The notes below the pieces were generated by a model. It ran no database searches and had not been told where the DNA came from. It was given only the letters and a program-made list of their open reading frames with translations. Both the position numbers and the translations under genes were made by a program. A DNA stretch of 64,000 bases from Promethearchaeota archaeon (GTDB lineage: Archaea > Asgardarchaeota > Lokiarchaeia > Sigyniarchaeales > SOKP01), in the NCBI GenBank assembly GCA_048938445.1, contig JBHLME010000003.1, positions 15,824 to 79,823 on the forward strand. Direction: 5' to 3'. Of the stretch, positions 30,988 through 41,785 are shown in pieces. How positions within the stretch are numbered: the first letter of the stretch is position 1; the number at the start of each line of letters is the position of its first letter.

Positions 30988-31781
30988 ATATTCTCCTCTC
31001 CTGCAAAAATTCGATCAATATAATCTTCTGGAAAGCATGCTTTTCCATTTCTATAAAGGGTTCTCTTACAAAATTCCTTCAAACCCGCTTTTTTACAATA
31101 TCTTAACATTACCCGAGGAAACTCATCCGTGATTAGTGTATCACCATGCCATATGAGTGTACCATAATCCGCAACCATTCCAATTTCTTCTCTATGGGTT
31201 ATAAGCAAGATTGTCATGTTTAAGGTTTTAATTTTATTAAAAATGTTGAAGAAATCTTCGGTAATAATCACATCTAATCCACTATCGGGTTCATCTAAAA
31301 TTATTAATCGGGGTCTCATGGCAACAACAGCTGCCAGTTCAATCCTCTTCCTTTCTCCTCCACTGAGAGTTTCATCAACATATCTATTAATATACTTATC
31401 TGGAGGTAAATTGACAATATCTAAAGCTTCACGAACCTTTTCTCTTAAATTTATTTTATCTTTAATACCTAGTGAAATGTATTTTTTTACGGATAAACCA
31501 TCAATTCGTGCTGGTTCCTGCCAAGCTAATGTAATACCTAATTTAGCTCGTTCAGTTATACTCATTTCGCTAATATCTATACTATCAAAAAATATTTTTC
31601 CATCGGATGGTTTATAATTTTGAAGGCCCATAATTGTATAGGCTAATGTGGATTTACCTGAACCATTTGGCCCTATGATTGCGTGGATGGATCCTTCTTT
31701 TACTCCAAATGAGGTTTTATTTATAATGATTTGTTTATTATCTAGCGTTGGAATTGTTAATTCTTGTAATTCTAAAAGCAT
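30984..31781 (-). CDS. sufC: SufC-type ABC ATPase (SmsC)
   Basis: GPNGSGKS, AWQEP, LSGGERKR, LDEPDSG, ITH; C-terminal Cys residues; ATGA overlap with sufB. Confidence 0.9.
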   Translation of the reverse strand: MLLELQELTIPTLDNKQIIINKTSFGVKEGSIHAIIGPNGSGKSTLAYTIMGLQNYKPSDGKIFFDSIDISEMSITERAKLGITLAWQEPARIDGLSVKKYISLGIKDKINLREKVREALDIVNLPPDKYINRYVDETLSGGERKRIELAAVVAMRPRLIILDEPDSGLDVIITEDFFNIFNKIKTLNMTILLITHREEIGMVADYGTLIWHGDTLITDEFPRVMLRYCKKAGLKEFCKRTLYRNGKACFPEDYIDRIFAGEENI

Positions 31782-31975
31782 GAAGAGATCACGTTCTTTT
31801 TTTAAATATAAAAAATATCATGATTATAAATCATTAAATTTTTCCATATATTTATTATGCTATACAATTTTGATTTGAAATATCTAAAATAATTTATACA
31901 AATAGATTTAATATATCTTCTATTCTAATAATTTATTAGAATAACAAGAAAAAATAACATGATGTGAACAATTAA

Positions 31976-32764
31976 ATGGTTCGTAAAGAATATATATGCA
32001 AGAAGGGAAAAAGAAGTAGCGTTATAATAGAAGATGTAAGTATTGACATTCAAGAAAATTCTACTTTAATTATTGGTTTCGCAGGTATTGGATTATTAGG
32101 GCCAATAATATGTAATGCGTTAATTGAACAAATTCCTGATGTCAAAGAAATTGGATTTATTACTTCTGAATATTTACCACCAATTTCAGTATTCTATGAA
32201 GGTGTATTAAAGCATCCATTTAGACTTTTATATTCACCTCAACATAACATTCTTATTGCTATCTGTGAGGTTCCATTTCAAGTATCTTCGGCATATTCAG
32301 ATTTAGCTAAAACAATTTGCAATTGGGCTTTATCTGAAGATGTTAGAGCTAAAGAGATCGTAGTTTTTCAAGGTATCCCTCATAGAGGTGTACTTGATGA
32401 TTATCCAGTATATTTCGCTGCTGAAGAAAAATTAATGGAAACATTACAGAAATATGGAATTGAGAAAGTAAATAAAGGAGTTATATTAGGTCCTGAAGCG
32501 ACGATCCTAAATGAAGCTCTTACAAATCGATTAAATGCTTATGCACTCTTTACTCCTGTTTTAGAAATCCCTACTCCCGAAGGTGGTGCAGCAATATTAG
32601 AAGTCTTAAATGAGATTTATAAATTAAATATTGATACAAAACCTTTAATTGAACAAGGAAAAGAAATAAAAGCTAAAATGTTAGAATTAGCCCAGAAAAC
32701 ACAAGAATATCAGCAACAACAATTACCTGAAGCTGGAAAGGGCTATACTCAATACTTTCAATAA
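31976..32764 (+). CDS. PAC2-family proteasome assembly chaperone
   Basis: IIGFAGIGLLG, LPPISVF, HPFRL, PTPEGGA, IDTKPLIEQG; aromatic C-terminus (QYFQ). Confidence 0.88.
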   Translation: MVRKEYICKKGKRSSVIIEDVSIDIQENSTLIIGFAGIGLLGPIICNALIEQIPDVKEIGFITSEYLPPISVFYEGVLKHPFRLLYSPQHNILIAICEVPFQVSSAYSDLAKTICNWALSEDVRAKEIVVFQGIPHRGVLDDYPVYFAAEEKLMETLQKYGIEKVNKGVILGPEATILNEALTNRLNAYALFTPVLEIPTPEGGAAILEVLNEIYKLNIDTKPLIEQGKEIKAKMLELAQKTQEYQQQQLPEAGKGYTQYFQ

Positions 32765-32874
32765 ATTAATATTCTTCTTTTCTTTACTCTTATTTAATTT
32801 TACTTTAATTACCTCATTAAAAATTTAATATTTTATAAGAAAAACTTTTATCTTCACTTATTTATTTTAGATTA

Positions 32875-33324
32875 ATGAAAATGCCTAAGGAAAGATTTGT
32901 CCCGATTCAGATTGACCAAGAATTATGCTTGAAATGTGAACGCTGTTTGAAAGCATGTAAAACTAACAAAGCAATTTATTTTAAAAATAGCATCCGACTT
33001 GTTGATTATAAGAAATGTAAGGGATGTTTGAATTGTGTACAGGTTTGTCCCAGGAACGCAATACAAGTCACGTCCGTGATGCCTAATCAAGTTTTAAGTA
33101 TGAAGATTGATCATGATAAATGTAACATGTGTGAACTTTGCTTGGATGATGAGGGTAATTTCTGCCCTAAAAATCTTTATTATAAAGATAAAATAAAGAA
33201 GGATGGAAAAGAAATTGATGGAATTAGATTTAATTTTAAAGAAATCGCAAAATGCCAAGCATGTTTAGTTTGCGAATCTTCATGCCCTGAAGGAGCAATA
33301 GAATCAGTTGTTTTTGATAATTAA
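32875..33324 (+). CDS. Polyferredoxin (multiple 4Fe-4S sites)
   Basis: Four CxxCxxC...C(P)-type motifs. Confidence 0.92.
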   Translation: MKMPKERFVPIQIDQELCLKCERCLKACKTNKAIYFKNSIRLVDYKKCKGCLNCVQVCPRNAIQVTSVMPNQVLSMKIDHDKCNMCELCLDDEGNFCPKNLYYKDKIKKDGKEIDGIRFNFKEIAKCQACLVCESSCPEGAIESVVFDN

Positions 33325-34529
33325 TTGTTTTTATTTGACTTCTTTTTTGATCCTAAAACATAACCTACCAACCACTCAAGAGATCCTATACCACCTTTCC
33401 CATACCTGTACCATATAAAAGTTAAAATGCCTAAAAATCCAATAAAAGGGAAGACAGTTGTCAAGAAATCTAAAACGCTAAACCTCCATAAAAATAATGG
33501 GATAAAGATGTATTCAATCAAGAAAAGTGTGAGAGACGCTTTTCCATAAAATTTTAACATTCTAACGAAGATATTATCCTTTTGCATGATATCAATTATG
33601 TAAAAAATAATTGCTATCGTGATCAAGTCTAAACCTAAAGTATAAAGCACGTTAGAATAAGTTCCAGTTATCAAGAATTTAACAAGTCCTGTAACTGGTG
33701 CAATGTTTTGCTGATTCCACTTATAAAGCAAATCCATGTAAGGATATGCACTTCCAAATTGATATAAGTCATCAGTAAAATATTTCTGCTCCAAGCCGAT
33801 AAATATTCCCATGAGAGCAAGAATGATTCCCCACATTAAAAATACCTTTACAAGGTGTTTATACTTCTCATCAGTACCTTCAATCATCGTATCATAAATA
33901 TATTCACCAACAACAGGTGCTATAAAGCAAACAGAAAGCCAAGGTAGGAGGGTAACCTCTGGTTGTGGTGATGAGATAATAAAATTAACAATCCAAAAAA
34001 AAGGATTAATATTTTGTAAGGTCCAAAAAAAATCTCTAATATCTTCAGAGCTAAAAAGTATTATCAAACCAATTATAATACGTGGAAATTTTCTCAGTTT
34101 TAAAGCATAATATGTAAAGATTTGAGCAAATCCAATGAACATCAAGATGTTCCAACCCCAAATATTAAGGGAAAATAAGTTATACAAGAAACCGATGATT
34201 ATAATAAATAAACCTCTCATATAAATAGAATTTCGAATTACACTTTCGGGAACTTTTCCTTGTTTGCTTTTCGTGGTGAAAACTACACTTATGGTTGAGA
34301 GAACTATAAACATTCCTGGTCCTAAAAATTCTAAAAATATTTGGCCTGCCGCGGCGATAAAAACAACGTTCTTATCTAACCACGCAAGGCAGAAGTGGAG
34401 TAGAATGATAAACATCATGGCTACTCCTCTCGTAACGTCTAAAGAGTCTATTCTTCTAGGTTTTGTTTCAATTGGATCAGCTTTAGTTAATAATTCCTCA
34501 AGCTCATTGTTCACATTATTATTTGGCAT
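33321..34529 (-). CDS. HGSNAT/DUF1624-type membrane acyltransferase
   Basis: RRIDSLDVTRGVAMMFIILLH, LLPW, GKASLTLF; about 10 TM helices. Confidence 0.8.
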   Translation of the reverse strand: MPNNNVNNELEELLTKADPIETKPRRIDSLDVTRGVAMMFIILLHFCLAWLDKNVVFIAAAGQIFLEFLGPGMFIVLSTISVVFTTKSKQGKVPESVIRNSIYMRGLFIIIIGFLYNLFSLNIWGWNILMFIGFAQIFTYYALKLRKFPRIIIGLIILFSSEDIRDFFWTLQNINPFFWIVNFIISSPQPEVTLLPWLSVCFIAPVVGEYIYDTMIEGTDEKYKHLVKVFLMWGIILALMGIFIGLEQKYFTDDLYQFGSAYPYMDLLYKWNQQNIAPVTGLVKFLITGTYSNVLYTLGLDLITIAIIFYIIDIMQKDNIFVRMLKFYGKASLTLFLIEYIFIPLFLWRFSVLDFLTTVFPFIGFLGILTFIWYRYGKGGIGSLEWLVGYVLGSKKKSNKNN

Positions 34530-34560
34530 GATATCTTAAAAAATTTGTTTTAAAATATGA

Positions 34561-35115
34561 TTAATTCGATATTTCGTTCAGTTTCTTCAATATGAGATCT
34601 TTAATTTGTGAGAAATCCTTAATGACGTGAATTCCTTGCATTTTTTTTAATTTCTCCACGTTTTGAATTTCGATATCTCTTATTTGGAGTATTAATTCAC
34701 TACCGTTAGGTCTGTGTGTCTTAATAGGCAAATCTTCTTGATCTGACGGCAATAAATATACTTTCATTCCTCCTTTGATTGCTTGTGCAACACAATTAGT
34801 AATTAAAGTATCTGCTATTCCATAAGTAATCTTTGCTACAGAATTCGCAGAGACGGGACATACTATGAAAAAATCATATTTACCAATTTGTAAGGGTCCC
34901 GCAAGCCAAGGATTATTCGGTGATATTTCTTCTTTAATGTTATTTATTGTCTCTTTAAGATATAACCAATGTCTATACCATTTTATAACTTTTACTCCTT
35001 CTTTGGATAAAGCAACATGAATTTTTATATCATGATTCTCTTGTAGCTCTTTCATGAGATCAATGGATTCTTTAATGAGATAACCCGAGCCTGTAAACCC
35101 CCAAAGTACTTTCAT
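34561..35115 (-). CDS. afpA: Archaeal flavoprotein AfpA (HFCD family)
   Basis: WGFTGSG, LQIGKYD, PVSANSVAKITYGIADTLITN, LPSD. Confidence 0.85.
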   Translation of the reverse strand: MKVLWGFTGSGYLIKESIDLMKELQENHDIKIHVALSKEGVKVIKWYRHWLYLKETINNIKEEISPNNPWLAGPLQIGKYDFFIVCPVSANSVAKITYGIADTLITNCVAQAIKGGMKVYLLPSDQEDLPIKTHRPNGSELILQIRDIEIQNVEKLKKMQGIHVIKDFSQIKDLILKKLNEISN

Positions 35116-35470
35116 GCTAAATGATTTTTTATTTTAGTTTCTTTTTGTTAATTCAAGCTAATTTAAAAATTTAAGGAAATTAATATCAATTTAAAATAGA
35201 TAGAAAAACTATTTTTCTTGATGTTTAATTTTTTTCCAGAAGACTGGCATCTAACATAAAAAATTGAAGAACTCAATAATCCATTAAAACCTTCACATTC
35301 ATTCCATAGGAATTTATATAGTTTCTAATAGAAATGTAGGGTGACGAAATCAAATTTTTATTACATTTGATTTGTTATAAAAGATTAAATTATACAAGAT
35401 TGTTTACGGGGTTTTCAATCTTGTTATAATTAATCGAAAATATATAAGTGAATTATCTAAGAATTAGAAC

Positions 35471-36715
35471 TTAGTAAAAAGTATTAAGTCTTAAACAACA
35501 TAATAATTCTTGCTCTTCGTCCATCAATTGGATATTTTCATCAATCTTTCCATGATATTGATTGAAAACAATATAGTCTTCGAATGAATCTTCATTTTTA
35601 TTATATCTCCAACTTGGAATATAACCTCTTGGGGATAAACCTAACTCAAAGAATATTTTTTGGTGTTCAGGTTTATGGGCACTCACGAATACTTCTATAT
35701 ATCTGACTTTTAAACTCCGGGATTGTTTAATGAGTTGATTTGCAAGCACGTATAACTCGTTGATATCCGATATTTGATATTTCGTTTTTTCTATGTTTTG
35801 TACTCGTGGTGTGTGTAAAAAGGAGATGAATGAATCTGTTCCTTTAATAAAAATTTTATATTTTTCATATCCAAAATTATCTCTCGAAACTTCAATATTG
35901 AGCCGATGCATTAATTCATTTACAGTTGTAGAATCAAATTGAGGGATAGAATGATAAATCTCATACTCACCTAAATTATATCGCTCATCAGAATACTTAA
36001 ACACACCCACGACTTCTGAAATGATGCAAGGAACTTTAACAGACCTCATTTCTGTGAGCGCTATCATGTCGTAACATATTGCAAGAACATCCGACTCAGG
36101 TTTTTCAAAAAAATTATCTTTATTTGGATAGATCGCAACAGGATGAAAGCCACCATGACGCGTGACATATTGTACCTTAGCGTGGGCAGTGCGATTTTCT
36201 GAATACCATCTGAAGATTTTCCCGTCATATTTTATATAATTAGAAACATAACATCCAATACAAGCTTTTAAAATGTCAAATTCTCCTATGAATTTTTTCT
36301 TCACAATGAGACCGCGAGCATATCCCCGTTTTTCTTCAAAATCTAAAACAAACGTGAAACTCCCGCACATTTCTTTTGTCTTGGGATGTATGAATACGAA
36401 CCATTCAATATCATCCCTTTCCAACATGTCTCTTATAAATTCATGATCTTCCATTTCCTTGTAAGGATATGATCCTTCATAAACATCTCTATAGGTAAAA
36501 ATGATCTCATCAATATCATCAACATTTGCTTTTCGTATGATGGGATTAATTTTTCTTAAGGATGTTCTCTCATGAATGTTAAAATTAAATAACGTTCCAG
36601 AATCAAAATCGAAACCTTCCATTAGACTGAAAGTTTTGAGATAATCTTGGGTATATTTAGACATTATTTCAGAACGATAAAAATCCAAGTCATCATTAAA
36701 ACATAGTAAAGCCAT
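35471..36715 (-). CDS. GNAT-family N-acetyltransferase-like protein
   Basis: IRKANVDDIDEI, YEGSYPY, RGLIVKKKFIG, ENRTAH; a second GNAT-like half ends GLSPRGYIP. Confidence 0.7.
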   Translation of the reverse strand: MALLCFNDDLDFYRSEIMSKYTQDYLKTFSLMEGFDFDSGTLFNFNIHERTSLRKINPIIRKANVDDIDEIIFTYRDVYEGSYPYKEMEDHEFIRDMLERDDIEWFVFIHPKTKEMCGSFTFVLDFEEKRGYARGLIVKKKFIGEFDILKACIGCYVSNYIKYDGKIFRWYSENRTAHAKVQYVTRHGGFHPVAIYPNKDNFFEKPESDVLAICYDMIALTEMRSVKVPCIISEVVGVFKYSDERYNLGEYEIYHSIPQFDSTTVNELMHRLNIEVSRDNFGYEKYKIFIKGTDSFISFLHTPRVQNIEKTKYQISDINELYVLANQLIKQSRSLKVRYIEVFVSAHKPEHQKIFFELGLSPRGYIPSWRYNKNEDSFEDYIVFNQYHGKIDENIQLMDEEQELLCCLRLNTFY

Positions 36716-36759
36716 AAAAAATACCTTATAATATGATTACCACATATTCTTTTTAGAAC

Positions 36760-36776
36760 TATTTAAATGAAAAAAA
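36760..36776 (-). promoter_or_regulatory. T-rich-BRE TATA promoter
   Basis: Minus strand TTTTTTT-CA-TTTAAATA-GTTCT, about 45 nt before the 36715 start. Confidence 0.55.
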
Positions 36777-36862
36777 GGGTAGGTATAAAACTCAGTGAAA
36801 ATATTTGAGATATTGAAGGATTTTATTTCATATCATTTTCGTCAAATATGAGAATTTAAATA

Positions 36863-37429
36863 TTAATTTTTGATTTTATTTAAAAGCCAAACGAGATTTT
36901 TTCCTAGAATCTTTACATCTTTTTTTCCTTCAGAATCATTTTGGATTTCCCCAGAATATGCACCAATTCCTATAGCATAACCTAAAATAATCATTTCGTT
37001 TACATAAAAAAAGAAATTCACTGTGTTTAAAGACTGTATTCCACCTTGTCTCCTTTTTGCTATGATGATAGCACCAATTTTTCTTTTAAATTCAGTTTTA
37101 TTATTCAAAGAAATAAAACCCGTCCTCTCAATAAGGCATCTCATTTTTCCTGGAACATCGCCTAAATAAACTGGTGCTCCAAATATAATTGCATCTGCTT
37201 CGACCATTTTAGTATATATTTCATTAAGATCATCTTTTTGAATACATCTACCTTTATTCTTTGCACACTTATAACAAGATAAACATGTATTTATTGTTTT
37301 TCCCGCTAATTGTATTATTTCAGTTTCAATTACATTACTTTCTTCTTTTATTGAGTCAAAAACCATTTCAATTAACTGAAAAGTATTGCCCTTTGGACGG
37401 GGGCTACCATTGATTGCCAAAACTTTCAT
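36863..37429 (-). CDS. Iron-sulfur flavoprotein (Isf, flavodoxin-like)
   Basis: NGSPRPKGNT, CLSCYKC...C, ADAIIFGAPVY, RRQGG. Confidence 0.92.
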   Translation of the reverse strand: MKVLAINGSPRPKGNTFQLIEMVFDSIKEESNVIETEIIQLAGKTINTCLSCYKCAKNKGRCIQKDDLNEIYTKMVEADAIIFGAPVYLGDVPGKMRCLIERTGFISLNNKTEFKRKIGAIIIAKRRQGGIQSLNTVNFFFYVNEMIILGYAIGIGAYSGEIQNDSEGKKDVKILGKNLVWLLNKIKN

Positions 37430-37792
37430 ATTTAAGTTATCACCATCATATTTTGGTTATTTTTTTCTCCATTTTTATTCATAAATACTATTAATTTTAG
37501 AGTGGATCTATTAAGGGAAAAATATAGAAAATATAAACACTACGGGGGGAACTTTTAGTTGGAAAATCCTGGATGTTAACGTAGCATCAAATTGAGGTAA
37601 TCCTTTATTTAATTTTCTATTTCTCTTTAGTTTCTTTTTTAATTCTATTTTTATTCAAATAAATGATTTCTAAATTTCCCTCCAATTATTGACTCTAATG
37701 GTACCCTAATATCAAACATTCTATTTAAAAAAATGGGATGGAAATTATGGTCAAATTTATCTCCCACCACTGAATTTTGCACCAACCCAAAA

Positions 37793-37807
37793 TTTTTTCT
37801 TTAAATA
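37793..37807 (+). promoter_or_regulatory. T-rich-BRE TATA promoter
   Basis: TTTTTT-C-TTTAAATA about 46 nt before 37853; lies in a divergent intergenic region, so not a terminator. Confidence 0.6.
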
Positions 37808-37852
37808 TATATGATTGAAAAAATCACAAAATATGAAGAAAAGTGATTATGA

Positions 37853-39022
37853 TTGTTAGTTTTAGAAACAATAAAAGTAAATGAAGCTACAAGTATCAAG
37901 GAAATTAAAGAAGTATTAGAAGATCTACTCTATGTACCAGATGAACGAGTAAAAGTTAAAGTAATTGAGGAATATTGTATATATCTAGATTCAAAGTCTA
38001 AAAATAGTAATTATGAAATAAAATCATTCATTGCCCGAGTTAATGAGATTCCAGTTGGAATTGCAACGTGTTACATTCATCCAAGTTATACAAGTTATGG
38101 ACGAAAGTGTGGAGTAATAGGGTGGCTTTACGTAAGCAATATTGATATATGTAAAGAATTAATTGCTCGATGTGAATCATTTTTCATTAAACAGGGAATT
38201 AATAAAGTTCGAAGTGGAATAAATTTTCCGAAAAGTTTAGGGGGTATTGGGTTTCAAGTTAAAGGATTTAATGAACAAATGTTATATGGAGTGGCGTTTT
38301 CCTCACCCGAACAAAACGAGCTTAAATTTTTAATTGAATTGGGATATCAAGTCGAATGTAACTATACATGTTTACGAGTATCATCCAAAACATGGGATAA
38401 AGGAAAAAAGATAAATGGTAATATTAAGTTTAAATACGTGCCATTGAAAGAGATAATTGCAATACATGAACAGGTGCAAGAGCTTTCAAATAACTCTTTC
38501 CAAGGAATATTACCCGACACTTCAGGTGGAAGGTTTGAAGAGTTCATTTATGCTTTTAAACAAATGCCCGAAAATAAATCCACTTTAAACCATGATATCA
38601 AGCTAAAAGAGCTTTCCAATAATCCCGCTTTTTTAAACGCATGGGAATCTTGTGATCTCGAATATATCACTCCCTTAATGCCGATGGCTTTTGAAAAAAA
38701 AACAAATGAATTAATTGGGGTGTTATTAGGCCTACCAGACTTATATGAGCATTGGAATGGCAAGAAAATAACAAGAGTCAATGTTGACACGGCAATCGTG
38801 AGAAAAGACTATAAAGGAAAGGGAATATTCTCGGCTCTAAATAACATAGGACAATTAACATGTAGTTTATATGGAATGACATATTTCGAAGGCACGACCG
38901 TGTGGACGGGAAACTCTCGGGGCGTGAACAACACGGATGCAATAAATTCAATAATGCCACATTGCATTCCAATAAGAAAACATGTAGTTCTCCAAAAAAG
39001 ATTGAGGAGAAAACTTGGATAG
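37853..39022 (+). CDS. Tandem GNAT-fold protein
   Basis: FIARVNEIPVG...GVIGWL; IGVLLGLPD...VDTAIVRKDYKGKGI...EGT.VW..N. Confidence 0.72.
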   Translation: MLVLETIKVNEATSIKEIKEVLEDLLYVPDERVKVKVIEEYCIYLDSKSKNSNYEIKSFIARVNEIPVGIATCYIHPSYTSYGRKCGVIGWLYVSNIDICKELIARCESFFIKQGINKVRSGINFPKSLGGIGFQVKGFNEQMLYGVAFSSPEQNELKFLIELGYQVECNYTCLRVSSKTWDKGKKINGNIKFKYVPLKEIIAIHEQVQELSNNSFQGILPDTSGGRFEEFIYAFKQMPENKSTLNHDIKLKELSNNPAFLNAWESCDLEYITPLMPMAFEKKTNELIGVLLGLPDLYEHWNGKKITRVNVDTAIVRKDYKGKGIFSALNNIGQLTCSLYGMTYFEGTTVWTGNSRGVNNTDAINSIMPHCIPIRKHVVLQKRLRRKLG

Positions 39023-39052
39023 AATTTTATTAAAAAAACGATATTTTATTTC

Positions 39053-39068
39053 TTTTTTTATTTAAATA
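39053..39068 (+). promoter_or_regulatory. T-rich-BRE TATA promoter
   Basis: TTTTTTT-A-TTTAAATA about 60 nt before ATG 39128; could overlap a terminator. Confidence 0.45.
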
Positions 39069-39127
39069 ATCTGGATTAAATGGAGTATTCAATATTAAAT
39101 CAGTTAATATCATTATTAGTGAAAATA

Positions 39128-39814
39128 ATGACAAATAATCATGATTATTCTTTTTTTGGACAAATTACTGGTTTGATTCTATCAAGCAGTTCTAGATCAC
39201 AACCTTATCTTTTCTTCAAATGCGTGAAGAAGAAAAATGATGATACCTGGGAAAAATTAAAACAGGGAGAAGGCAAGACAGTCAAGATATCGCTTGAAGA
39301 AATCGTGATGATCAAGAAAGTGCTTGAAAAAAGATCAACAGACTGGTCTACATTCCACAAACATGAAGGAATAAACACTAAAATTTCCTTTAAATGGAGT
39401 GATAACAGGGTTAACGTGAGCATAGGTGACTATTTTAAGCCATTAACTGAAGCTCAAACTGAAATTATGAAAAATCTTATAGATCATATCTATTATGAAA
39501 AAATTGAATATGCGACTATTCTTTCAGGATCAAATTATACTACGAGAAAACTTCAAGGGGTAGTTAAAACAAATGAACCATTAAACTTGAGAGTAGAAGA
39601 GGTGAAAGTAGAAAAAGAAACTCGGAATGTTAACATTAATGGTGTCGTGAACGGAGAGACTACCAAGGCACTTATGATCCACTTTAGAAGTGGAAATGAG
39701 TCGTGGATTCCAAAATCCACCATACATTCGAAATATGATACAAGTAACTTGGATGAGCAAGAGTTCTTGATTGAAGAATGGATTTTAAAAAAAAATGATA
39801 TAATTACTATATGA
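39128..39814 (+). CDS. Hypothetical two-domain protein, possibly nucleic-acid binding
   Basis: Beta-rich N-terminal domain; C-terminal ETTKALMI...SWIPKS...EEW small barrel motif; start at ATG 39128 inferred from promoter spacing. Confidence 0.65.
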   Translation: MTNNHDYSFFGQITGLILSSSSRSQPYLFFKCVKKKNDDTWEKLKQGEGKTVKISLEEIVMIKKVLEKRSTDWSTFHKHEGINTKISFKWSDNRVNVSIGDYFKPLTEAQTEIMKNLIDHIYYEKIEYATILSGSNYTTRKLQGVVKTNEPLNLRVEEVKVEKETRNVNINGVVNGETTKALMIHFRSGNESWIPKSTIHSKYDTSNLDEQEFLIEEWILKKNDIITI

Positions 39815-41081
39815 TACTTTTTTTGTAAATATCGCTAATAATGTCTAATAACTTTTTCTTGAATAAAGGAAAATTTGAAATTTTCAAATCAAACTTCTTT
39901 TCCTGGTGACTTATTTTGTTACCAAACAATACTCTTTCAATCCCTGTCATAACGTTTGATAATGATATTGATAATTCTGAAAAATTAAAGTTTATTTCTT
40001 TATTAGTTATATTACCAGAACTATTGACTTCAGTATCTTGGATGGATCTTTTCTTAATGTGTGATTTAAAAGGCAAGAGCTCATTAATTTCATTTAAAGG
40101 AATATTTAAATTCTCGAAAAGCTTTTGAAATTCATCTTTAAGTTCATCAGTCAATTTAATATCCGTGAATCTCATTGAAATCCACTCCTCTAAAAAATCC
40201 TTTGATATTCCATTCTTCCAATGATTATTCCGCAAGTAATCATAAAGCTTTTGGGGATTAAAAAGCTGTTCGAGCTCCAAATTAGCAGGATTTACTTTTC
40301 GGGATTGATAATCATGTAATGTAAGAGTGAATTCTTTTGCAACATCCCGGTTCTGGGTGATGATGAGTTCATACTCATGGGAAAAGGAGGGAAATCCACT
40401 TGAAAATGAAGAGCTACTATTTAATGTAATTAATCTACTAATATTCACTTTTGGAAGGATGATGTCAAAATATGTCTCGACAAATGCTAGAATTTTTGAC
40501 CAATATTTTTTAGGGTAATCTCTTAAAATTACTGGTAATGAGTCTAATTTTCCCACTTCGATGTAATCCTTGAATATTCGTGTCGCTGAGGCTTTAATTT
40601 TTTGAATGGTATCGAGTAGAATGTCTGGATTTTTAGACATCATGATGAGATGACGTTCAAATTCAATATCCCTATCATTAAACTCGTGGTTAAGAAAGGT
40701 CTTGGTCTTTTTATTATAAAACACGAAACGTTCAGCATTAGCCAAGGATCCCGCATTTTCCTTGACATTTAAGATGCATCGTATGCCTTCAATCTCCAAG
40801 ATTTCTTTCAGTTTTTCATTGTCGAGATTATAAACAAGAAATAAATTAGGATTTTGAGAATAAGAATTCACCGTCTCGCCTTCAATGATTTCTTTTAGGT
40901 TATAAAGAGCTGTAGATTCGATATCAACTATATTATGACCAACAGTAAAGGTCTCTAAGGCGTGCAAGTGTTTTAAATCAACATATGGAAATATGACTAG
41001 ATTCTTCTGTTGAAAGAAGAGAATGTTAAGAAATTCAGGTTTGATGAAATCTAGACCTGCATCCATCTTTAGTGCCTCCAA
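39807..41081 (-). CDS. Hypothetical protein, third gene of the mglBA-like operon
   Basis: 424-aa ORF starting 23 nt after the GTPase stop; no recognisable motif. Confidence 0.7.
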   Translation of the reverse strand: MEALKMDAGLDFIKPEFLNILFFQQKNLVIFPYVDLKHLHALETFTVGHNIVDIESTALYNLKEIIEGETVNSYSQNPNLFLVYNLDNEKLKEILEIEGIRCILNVKENAGSLANAERFVFYNKKTKTFLNHEFNDRDIEFERHLIMMSKNPDILLDTIQKIKASATRIFKDYIEVGKLDSLPVILRDYPKKYWSKILAFVETYFDIILPKVNISRLITLNSSSSFSSGFPSFSHEYELIITQNRDVAKEFTLTLHDYQSRKVNPANLELEQLFNPQKLYDYLRNNHWKNGISKDFLEEWISMRFTDIKLTDELKDEFQKLFENLNIPLNEINELLPFKSHIKKRSIQDTEVNSSGNITNKEINFNFSELSISLSNVMTGIERVLFGNKISHQEKKFDLKISNFPLFKKKLLDIISDIYKKSII

Positions 41082-41104
41082 AAAACATTTTTATAAATAA
41101 TTTA

Positions 41105-41764
41105 TTATATTTGTTCTCTGAAATACCCATAAATGACCTCGATCATCAAGTTTTCAAAACATGGAACTATATTATCACCCTTCAAGGCATTTGTTGGATA
41201 AACCACGAGCGATCCATCTGGATACTGAATATCTGAGGGAAGACCTAATTGCTTCTTGAATGTATCCATTTTAATTGCATTTTCTATGTCTCTCTTATTT
41301 AATTGAATGACAAAAGGTATTTGCTTTTTGTTAGTAAAGCTAATGAGTTCTCTAAAACTTCGCTTGTTTTGTTCTAATTTCTCTATATCAGAATCACCTA
41401 CAAAAACGATACCATCAGCACCATCTAATACGTATTCTCGTGTTGAAAGAAATCGTTCTTGTCCTGTACACGTTACGACTTGGACAATTATTTTATAATT
41501 TTGTTCTGCAAATGTGAAATCAAATGATAAAAACAGGGAATCTTGCCATAACGTCCTGCCATCCGTCGTTTCTATAGAGAATCCATTATTAATCCTTGTA
41601 AGACCAAATTTTTCTCTCAAGCGATAAAAATTCGTCGTTTTCCCCGATTCTCCAGGACCCCAATACACAATCTTGAACTGGATTAGTTGATCATTCCTTT
41701 TCTCCTTATAATCCTTGCTTGAAGCACTTTCTTCTTTTTTGATTCCATCTGATTTAAGGCTCAT
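41105..41764 (-). CDS. MglA-family small GTPase
   Basis: KIVYWGPGESGKTTN, RTLWQD (Arg finger), TCTGQ, GADGIVFVGDS, NKRD. Confidence 0.88.
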   Translation of the reverse strand: MSLKSDGIKKEESASSKDYKEKRNDQLIQFKIVYWGPGESGKTTNFYRLREKFGLTRINNGFSIETTDGRTLWQDSLFLSFDFTFAEQNYKIIVQVVTCTGQERFLSTREYVLDGADGIVFVGDSDIEKLEQNKRSFRELISFTNKKQIPFVIQLNKRDIENAIKMDTFKKQLGLPSDIQYPDGSLVVYPTNALKGDNIVPCFENLMIEVIYGYFREQI

Positions 41765-41785
41765 AATTACATCTCCCTCATGTTC

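Noticed and set aside
37505-37660. Short minus-strand open frame (KIELKKKLKRN...KVPPVV) downstream of a TTTAAATAG box at about 37721-37729
   Set aside because: No canonical start and no recognisable product; too weak to call.
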